Position numbers and translations under genes: made by a program
In this document: positions 54,747-64,000 of the stretch, one piece after another
Position numbering within the stretch: the first letter of the stretch is position 1
How the letters are laid out: each line of letters starts with the position of its first letter
The notes under the pieces: model-generated
Told to the model about the DNA's origin: nothing
Databases searched by the model: none
The model's input: the letters and a program-made list of their open reading frames with translations, nothing else
DNA from: Octopus vulgaris
Lineage: Eukaryota
Assembly (NCBI GenBank): GCA_951406725.2
Contig: OX597832.1
Location: forward strand, 9,486,001-9,550,000
Length of the DNA: 64,000 nucleotides
Direction: 5' to 3'

Positions 54747-54783
54747 ATTATTGTTATCATTATCATTATCATTATTATTATTC

Positions 54784-55108
54784 TATGTTTGACTTTTGCT
54801 TTATATTTGTACAAGTTGACTCCAAGTCTCACCCAGAGACCTTAAGAGACAACAGGTTGGAATTTCATGTTGTTGTTATGCCTAGTGTGGCATATATTTT
54901 TTTTTGGGGGGGGGGGAGATTTTGGTGTTGTACTAATGAATGTCTAAAAATAAAAAAGTTTTTTTTTTCTGTAAACCGAAAATTATGTTTGTTTTAAACC
55001 TTATGATTACATAGAAAGTATTTTGCGTAAGATATGAGCAGTTCCCATGAGCACTATCTTTTGAATTTCTGCCATTTTTGGGTTTCCTGGTATCTGAGTT
55101 AGGTAGCT
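54784..55108 (-). mobile_element. R4/Dong-like LINE 3' end embedded in (TAA)n
   Basis: YLTQIPGNPKMAEIQKIVLMGTAHILRKILSM*; 3' UTR homologous to 39047-39250. Confidence 0.8.
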
Positions 55109-55112
55109 ATTA

Positions 55113-55158
<46 letters not shown>

Positions 55159-55394
55159 GTTTTTTCCTTCTTTCTTCAAATTTTCTTCCGTTTCTCGCCG
55201 AGTGTTTTCCATACACCTAGGGCAGAGAAGCTCATTGTATGCATTCCCAGATTACACACGCAAATTCACAGATAAAATATGTATTTAAAAATTAATAAAT
55301 ATATAAATTCATGGATGGATGTTGTTTTCACAGCGATTATGCTCTTCTCAGTACATGAGCCGTTCCAGTTAATTCTCAGCACATGAACTGCTTT

Positions 55395-55480
<86 letters not shown>

Positions 55481-55828
55481 TTTTATCAGTGAGACTCATG
55501 GAAAATCTTTCCATTTAGCTATCTTTTTAACCACGTAATAAGTATTCCTTCCCCCACCCCATTGAACGTCGATAACACTTCTATCTTCCTTAATCTCTTG
55601 TATTTTTCTTTCATTCTTCGCCTCTACCTTCAGCTGACCATGTGACACATTTGGTTTTAAGTGCATTAATATTAATCACCTTTCTCTACTTCGTCTTTTC
55701 TTTCTTCACTCCTTCCTCGCTGTCTCCTCCCTCTCTCACTTTCACTTCACTTGTCACTCACTCCACCGCCACCTCTGAACTAACTAAAGTATTACGGGCG
55801 CACAAAGAAGGATATTATTATATAAATT

Positions 55829-56051
55829 AAGATAGTAAGCTCGCAGAATCGTTAGCACTCGGGCAAAACAGCGCTATTTCGTCCGTCTTTAAGTTCTGAG
55901 TTCAAATTACAGCGAGGTTGACTTTGCCTTTCAGGGTCGATAAAATAGGTAACAGTCAATAACTGAGGTCGATATAGGATCAACTTCCTCCTCCACCGAA
56001 ATTTCAGGCCTTTCACCTATAGTACAAAGATTGTCATTATCTTCATCATCA

Positions 56052-56103
<52 letters not shown>

Positions 56104-56262
56104 AGTGGCGAGCTAACAGAATCGTTGGCACGCTGGACGAAACGTGGTATTTCGTCAGTCCCTACGTTCTGAGTTCAAATAGCGCCAAGGTCGACTTTGT
56201 CTTTCATCATTTCGGGGTCGATAAATTAAGTACCACTCAAGCACTGGGGTCGATGTGATCGA
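55829..56262 (+). mobile_element. Two diverged SINE family B copies separated by (TAT)n
   Basis: GAGTTCAAAT B-box and GGGGTCGATAAA domain in both. Confidence 0.75.
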
Positions 56263-56330
56263 CTTAGTGTCTCTCTTGATTTTCCTGGTTTTGAGCCAAT
56301 ATTTGAAGTCATTTTCATCTTTATTATCAT

Positions 56331-56399
<69 letters not shown>
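56331..56399. repeat. (TAG)n microsatellite
   Basis: Direct reading. Confidence 0.95.
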
Positions 56400-57827
56400 C
56401 CGCAGACAATAATCTGTGCTATAAAAGAGATTGCTGTTTACTACTTAGAATTATGCAACAATTACTACAAGAAAGCAATTACTAAAATTTATTTTGTCTA
56501 GGAATTTTTTTAAAATTTCAAAAACGTAATATATTTCTTCCATATATGCTTTTGAAATTCATTTTCAACTGAGCAATTATTTTTAATTCGCTTTCAGTAA
56601 TGTTAAAATCTTAAACTGCGAAAGTGTAATCTTTATCTTGTCTCATCTCTCCCACTCACACTCTCTGTCTGTCTAACATCCCAATCTTTCTTTCATTCTC
56701 CCCTCCTCTCTCTCTCTCTCTCTCTGGCATCTCTTTTTTGTTTATATATTTCCGATAATTATAATTCCTTCGTTGAAATTTCCAATGCTTCTGTTATCAT
56801 AGTTCATATGATAAATGGAGATAAAATTCCCATCTATCTGCATGTTAGTATTTTAGAAATTTTTACTATCAGTGGCCTAGCGTGCAGAAAAATGAGTCAA
56901 TAGACTACATATTATTAATATAAATACACTGTACATTTAAACACATAAGTGGTATCCATCACAAGATACCTGGCACGCTAGAATAGCCCAAATCCAAATC
57001 ACTATTAAGGGACAAATTTCGAAGAAAATGAAAAATAAATAGTTGCTTGGATTTTGGCTATTCCTTCTAGCATGCTAGGTATCCTATAGTTGTTACCTCA
57101 TATGTGTTTAACTGTATTTTATGTATATAAACCTTATTTAAACTAAAATGTTCTCACAATCACACATATGTATGTAGGTGTATGCATGCATGCATTTATG
57201 TATTTAGGTATGTATATATATATATATATATATATATACTTATAAATGTATGTATGCGTTGGTTTGTATGTGTGTGCGTGAGTGAGTGTGTGTGATTGTG
57301 TGTATCGTCGGGAATATACATGTGTGAGAACAAACGGTAATTTTTTTTCAATATGATCGTTTCCAGCATGATCTCTTAATTCTCTGACGCGTTTAACAAT
57401 CACATTGAACATCTAGCAGTTTGAATCTGTAATGATTTTATTTGATCGAAATATGTGTTATGCGATAAATGTTTTCATACACTTGCATGTTTTCATACAC
57501 TTACATTTTAAATACAAAGATGTATAATTCTATAGAATCCAAAATATATTCATGCACAATTATTAAAACCAGGAAAGAAATCTATTTATGCGAGTTGAGT
57601 GTGAATTTTTCTTTTTAACCAACAGTGGTTGCTCATAACTCTTTCTCTACGATATACACATGCACATCTAATGTATACACAAGATATAAAAACACTTCAT
57701 TTGGCACAATTTCGATGGAAAATTTGGGAATGGTTCCGATGGTAAATATAAAATCGATTTCATATATAAGCGCAGGAGTAGTAAGAAGCAACAACACGAA
57801 TAAATGATATAGTAGAAAATTAATTAT

Positions 57828-57982
57828 AACTGTGAGGTAAGAAGTTTGCTTTCAATCCACATGATTTTGGGTTTAGTCCCACATCTTGGCACCTTGGGCA
57901 GGTGTCTTCTACTAGAGGTTTGTACCGACCAAAACCTTTTCTGTTGATATGGTAGACGGAAACTGAAAGAAGCCTTCGTACA
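57828..57982 (+). mobile_element. SINE family A 5' part (diverged)
   Basis: CCTTGGGCAGGTGTCTTCT..GGTAGACGGAAACTGAAAGAAGCC. Confidence 0.7.
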
Positions 57983-58069
57983 TATACATATATGTACATA
58001 CATACATATACACACATAATACATTACATACATATGCCAGCTCGCCACTTTTACAATAATAATAACCAT

Positions 58070-58275
58070 TCTACTGCAGGCACAAGGCTCAGATTCGGTA
58101 TGAAGGGACTAATGGATTACATCAACCCCAGTGTTCCACTGGTTCTTAATTTATCGACTCCGAAAAATGAAAAGCAAAGTCGACCTCTGCGGAATTTTAA
58201 TTCAGCACGTAGTGAGGGGCTAAATACCATTAAACATTTCATCCAGTGTGCTATCAATTCTATCAGCTCACCGCT
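58070..58275 (-). mobile_element. SINE family B copy (diverged)
   Basis: TTTATCGACTCCGAAA..AAAGTCGACCTC. Confidence 0.65.
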
Positions 58276-59253
58276 TTATTAATAATAACAATCATTTTTT
58301 CCAATATTATACTTCAGTTGTACAACTTCTAATTATTATCTCTTTGTAATATAGTTTATTACATTCTAATCTTTTTCATATCTTTCATTTTTATGCATTT
58401 CTTGTCATATGTAATACGTTAAACTTGAGTCGTATAAATACGGCTAAATGAAAGGAACTTCGGAATATTCAGATGCTTATAATACCTATTAACTACGGAT
58501 TCTAAAATTTCCATCACATTCGGTAAAACAATTGTGGTGATTACGTTTATATATAATAACGTCACATCTCTGATAACGTGGATTGCAATAATTCTTGTAC
58601 AACACTGAAAGCTTGGGAAATTCACAATGATTTAAACATCGAACAATGAGCGCATTTTCACACCTTAAACTTAGGTCAGCGATATATTTGCTTAGGTAAC
58701 TGAGATCATTCCGCTTCATTGATTTGGTTTTATGTCGTTCTATCAGGCCTCTATCTCATTCTGGTATAAATTCTCGTCCTATTGATAACTTTTTAACGAA
58801 CCATAAATCTATTGTTTAATAAAAGAAAAAAAAAGAACCCTTTTGTCTGATTTTATTGTCATTATACAGCTTTATGCTATGCTTCATGTGTTTCATATTG
58901 ATATTATTGTTGGATGATATCAGCAAGTTCAATAATTACGCAACTTATGCCTGCATGACACTATACTAAATGAGAAAACAGAAGATTCTCTTCGTAGGAG
59001 TGAAATGTGACAAAGCTATCACTAAAACATCTTTAATCATGATCTAAACATGCTTAAAGTTGTAATGTTTTTTGTGTTATAGGTATCATACTTTTCAAAA
59101 TATATGTGCTTAAAATAGATACATAAACGTCTCGTCTTGTTTATACGCCTAAATTCACAACAACCCACACTCACACTCATACACACATAATTCCTTCTCC
59201 TATACTGTTCATAATGTTTTTTCTTAATGTAAACATTTGTCATTAATAAAGAA

Positions 59254-59328
<75 letters not shown>

Positions 59329-59405
59329 ATTATCATTATTATCATTATTATTAGTATCATTATTATCATTATTATTATCATCTTCATTATTATTATTATC
59401 ATTAA

Positions 59406-59471
<66 letters not shown>

Positions 59472-59477
59472 TATTGA

Positions 59478-59541
<64 letters not shown>

Positions 59542-59555
59542 GTAATTATCATTAT
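59254..59555. repeat. (TAT)n microsatellite
   Basis: Direct reading. Confidence 0.95.
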
Positions 59556-59961
59556 TGAGTGAGAGTCTGATAAGTATATGCACCAAGTATATGCATCGCA
59601 GTCACATGTGCGCAACATAGTGATCTCATATCAAGATAGACAGCGCATGACCTTGCAGGAGGGCCCCAGTTATAATTTTCTTGAGGTCGAGTAGCCCATC
59701 CCGTTCAAAAAGTCCCTGAACAAGAGTTGTTTAAGGATGTTGAACAAAACACCCATGCTTCCAAATGTGAATTATGCAAACCCCAAATAATTCCATTTAA
59801 CACATGGCTATGCCTCTCCCCCAATACTTCTACTCATGATTAGAGATGCACATATCGTCAGCCACTATGGGACATACTCAGCTGGTCAAGCAAGTGACAA
59901 GCAAATCTGTGGTACTGAGCAGAATATTTGCTGTAGCCCATCGTTTATACCAAGACAATGT
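59556..59961. mobile_element. Unclassified (TAA)n-embedded interspersed repeat, deleted copy
   Basis: Homologous to 60433-60973. Confidence 0.8.
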
Positions 59962-59996
59962 AACCCAACTTTTATACTAATTATTATTATTATTAA

Positions 59997-60048
<52 letters not shown>

Positions 60049-60170
60049 GCATTGCGTTCATCCTTTCACGGTCGATAAAATAAGTACTAGATGAACATTG
60101 GGGTCAATGTAATCGACTTGCCCCTTTGCTCGAAATTGCTGATCTTGTGCCAAAATTTGAAAAAAAAAAG

Positions 60171-60382
60171 GGCGTTGAGCTGGCAGAATGATTAGCACAC
60201 CGGGAGAAATGTTTAGCATTATTTAGTCTGGGGCTACGTTCTGAGTTCAAATTCTACCGAGGTCAAATTTGCCTCTCATCCTTTCGGAACCGATTAAATA
60301 AATACCACTTACGCGTTCGAGTCGATGTAGTCGAGTTACTGCCTCCCCGCAAATTTCAGGCCTTGTGACTATAATAGAAAGG
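60171..60382 (+). mobile_element. SINE family B copy
   Basis: GAGCTGGCAGAAT head, GAGTTCAAATTC B-box. Confidence 0.75.
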
Positions 60383-60432
<50 letters not shown>

Positions 60433-60433
<1 letters not shown>

Positions 60434-60973
60434 GAGTGAGAGAGCAGTTCATGCCATCAAAGTGACACTGGGGTAAAATATACGAAGCCCAATATACCCA
60501 TCATGACTACCCGTCTGATAAAGGTACACCAGGCACATGCATCACAACCATATGTGCGCGACATGGTGATCTCATATCAAGATAAACAGCACATGACCTT
60601 GCAGGTGGGGCCCAGTTAGAATTTTTTCAGGTTGAGTAGCCCATCCCGCTCAAACGGTCCCTGAATAAGGGTTGTTTAAGGATGTTGAAAGAAACACCCA
60701 TGTTTCCAGAGGTGAATTATTCAAACCCCAAAGAATCCCTCTCAACACATGGCTATGATGCTCTCCCACTACTTCTGCTCGTGATCAGAGATGCACATAT
60801 CGTCAGCCACTAAGGGACATGCTCAACTGGTTAAGGTCAAACAACTGACAAGCAAATCTGTGGTATTGAGCAGAATATTTGCTGTAGCCCATCTTTTATA
60901 CCAAGACAAAACAATGTACATGATAACACTTCCAATCAGTTGAGATCAGAAGCCATGAGAGCCACTTCCTGGT
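60433..60973. mobile_element. Unclassified ~540-bp interspersed repeat flanked by (TAT)n on both sides
   Basis: Starts TGAGTGAGAG as does the 59556 copy; no ORF, no TIR. Confidence 0.75.
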
Positions 60974-60985
60974 ATTATTATTATA

Positions 60986-61081
<96 letters not shown>

Positions 61082-62187
61082 TCTGTATACAGGAAATCCG
61101 TACACTCTAATTCTAGTGTACGTGCTGATCTTCACTTGGTTATTATCTTGGATAAAGACAACATACTGCAATTCATTTATATACTCCTCTTATTTTTAGT
61201 CCTACGATATTTTCGAAACGATCTTATCGAATTTAATATTTCTTCTACCAGCATCTTTCAGAATGGCAATTCCTGAATTTATGTAGCCATTGAATGATGG
61301 GAGTATATACATTTTTATTTATTGATCTATTGGTAATCATTGTTTTATAGATTTTATAAATTGCGTATTTCATTTCCAGACTTTAAAATATTTTCTGGAT
61401 TGATATAATAAATTTCGCATTTCTTTTATACCATTCTGTATATATCGTTTGCCTTATTATCGTCGTGCACTTCAGAGTAACTTAAAATCAATATAATATA
61501 TATGGTTTAGCAGCACCATATAGTGATATGAATGTTATGTTACCTGTATGTAATATAGCGTGTGAGTTATTTCTATGATTTATTTATAATGCCATGGAGG
61601 CCAGTTGTATACGACATTTGAACAAAAGTACAAGGAAAATTATCAGTCTCAGACAAAATGCCATTTACAGCAACGCAATTCCCAATCTTCATTCGTGTCG
61701 GAAAACATAAAACTTGGTATTAACTCACATGAAACCTTAAAATCAAAATTGGTGTATATTAGTTTTTCTTTTAGCTTTCAGATACTTTTTTCTAATTTTC
61801 TATAGTCGAATGCTTCGCTTTCGTTACAAATATCAAGACTGTATCAACATTTGCGTTGCCATTTATCACACAATGTCCAAATATCGTTTATATACTTAAT
61901 TTATAATTTATTAAGGCTTCCAAAATGGCAGGCGAGCTCTATCATAGATGAAATAGATAAAATTACGGATATGAATAAATGGTATAATTTTCTTTAACAG
62001 GAAAATGTTAGGGATGATAAGTGGAAATCTTTTGGATAATTGTTATGTTGCTAATGAACCTATATACAGTTCTTCTCAGAAGTCTATCTTTAGAAAACGT
62101 CTTTGATTCTGATACCGCATATACATATTCTCTCACTTTCTCTCTCTCCCTCCCTCACACACACACACAAATACAAAACATACGCAT

Positions 62188-62239
<52 letters not shown>

Positions 62240-62260
62240 ATATATATATATATATATATA

Positions 62261-62483
62261 TTTACTGCCCACAAGTGGCTAAACGTAGAGGGGACAGAGA
62301 AGGATAGGCAAACGGATTAAGTCGATTACACCGACCCCAGTGCGTAACTGGTATTTAAAATATCGACTCCGAAAGGATGAAAGGGAAAGTCGACCTCGGC
62401 GGAATTTGCACTTAGAACGTAACGGCAGACGAATTATGGCTACGCATTTCGCCCGGCGTGCTGACGTTACTGCAGCTCGCCGG
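62261..62483 (-). mobile_element. SINE family B copy
   Basis: Reverse complement of 21004-21234. Confidence 0.85.
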
Positions 62484-63789
62484 CAGACGACTAGCATTAC
62501 GCTTGAAACTCAAATGCACCAACAAATTTAATCAAACTCTGTTGATCAGTACATGTAATTCCCTGTAAATTTATTGAGTGCCCTTCTTTCGTTTGCCCAC
62601 TCACTCGTATATATGTATATATATATATACATTCAGCATTGTCTAAATGTTGATACAATTTTGATGTGTGTATTTGTAACGAAAGCGAAGCATTGGAGTA
62701 TAGAAAATTAGAAAAGATAATTTATCAAGATGTATTTTTCTGAGATTTAATATAAAAATCAAGCAATATGAAAGATCTAAAGCAATATTAAAACAATATT
62801 AAAGATACTTTTTCGTACACAATGTTACGTAAGATAGACACATATACACATTTACATCCTTACGATCGCATTTCATATATGAGTGTATATATTGTATACG
62901 TACATATACACATACACACCGATACGCACATACGCATATATCCTTATATTTATAAATTTCTTTCATTAGTATCACCTGATTTACTCTTATAAATGATACA
63001 TTTTAAAGAATTGTATTAATATTTCATTTGCAAATAAATCTGTTATATAATTAATGTAATTATATAAATTTAATTTGGGAATAAAGCGGAAAAATACATC
63101 TATAATAGATTGCTAATTGTTTACAAAATATGAACAAGTTTCATATTAGATCATTCAAAAGATACGTGCAGAAAATAGATAATGAGAAAGTGGATAACCA
63201 TTTTCATATTAAGCAACTATCAAAAATGTATATGTTGCATAATTCCTAGACGGGAGGCATCTTTTGTCATTGGGGAAATGCAAATATTTCAGCATATTCA
63301 AAGAAATGTTTGTCTCTTGCTTACCAGTTTTCCTTCGTCACCCAAATGTAAGTGAATAATATGAAAATTGAAACATAGCATTCATATTAAGTTTGTATGT
63401 ACTGACAGGCATGCAATATTTGAAACAGTCAACATGTCCATGTCATTACATGTATATTGCTTTGAAAATTGTATATTTTGCAATTTACCATATCATCAAG
63501 TCTCTTGGGCTGGCATTCCAATACATGGAACGTATATTCATTATGTAAAAAAATATGTAGCGAAAGATTCAAAGAGTTTAAATCGGCTTCATTTGTTGCA
63601 AATTCAATGCCGATATTTTCCGCAGTAAAGTATGACTTTCTGAAGATGGAGACATAGCCCGCCAAATTTCACATGCGAACAAATATAGTATTGTTAATAG
63701 CGATAAATAAATTGAATCAATACTGATACCATGATAATTTGGTTTCTATTATAAGTTAGTTTCTATTATAACCTCAGGTCCATACGTCC

Positions 63790-63824
<35 letters not shown>

Positions 63825-64000
63825 TTTGAGATTATTTTGAGATTACTCTCCAGGTGTCTAGAAGCTGGGAAGCAGCAATATGTAGGTCAGGCCAATAAAG
63901 GCGAATTACCTTCAATCTTTAACTACAGTTTCAGAAAGGCCAAAAACCAACGCATTTAATACTTATCACAACATGATATACGAACTTATGACGTAGATAT

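Overview
AT-rich eukaryotic DNA saturated with microsatellites ((TA)n, (TATG)n, (TAA)n, (GAT)n) and decayed mobile elements. The SINE families resemble those I recall from octopus (coleoid cephalopod) genomes; that assignment is inference. I recognise no intact host gene, and almost all ORFs in the track are microsatellite or SINE artefacts. Recognisable content: three tRNA-derived SINE families, mariner remnants (one full-length with TIRs), two Helitron PIF1-helicase remnants, RTE, Tx1/L1, CR1-like and R4/Dong-like LINE fragments, and a decayed Penelope-like element (RT + GIY-YIG) with direct terminal repeats. The most striking signal is a set of hammerhead ribozyme (HHR) motifs. At 44931-46377 a non-coding, hairpin-rich 485-nt unit carries a complete type I HHR. 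It is present about three times, circularly permuted, arranged head-to-head, and embedded in (TA)n. This is what a retrozyme-like or viroid-like circular RNA copied back into the genome would look like. Further HHR-bearing families, including a tRNA-headed SINE with an HHR tail, and a candidate Penelope-like helper lineage occur in the same window. All folds and alignments were done by eye.
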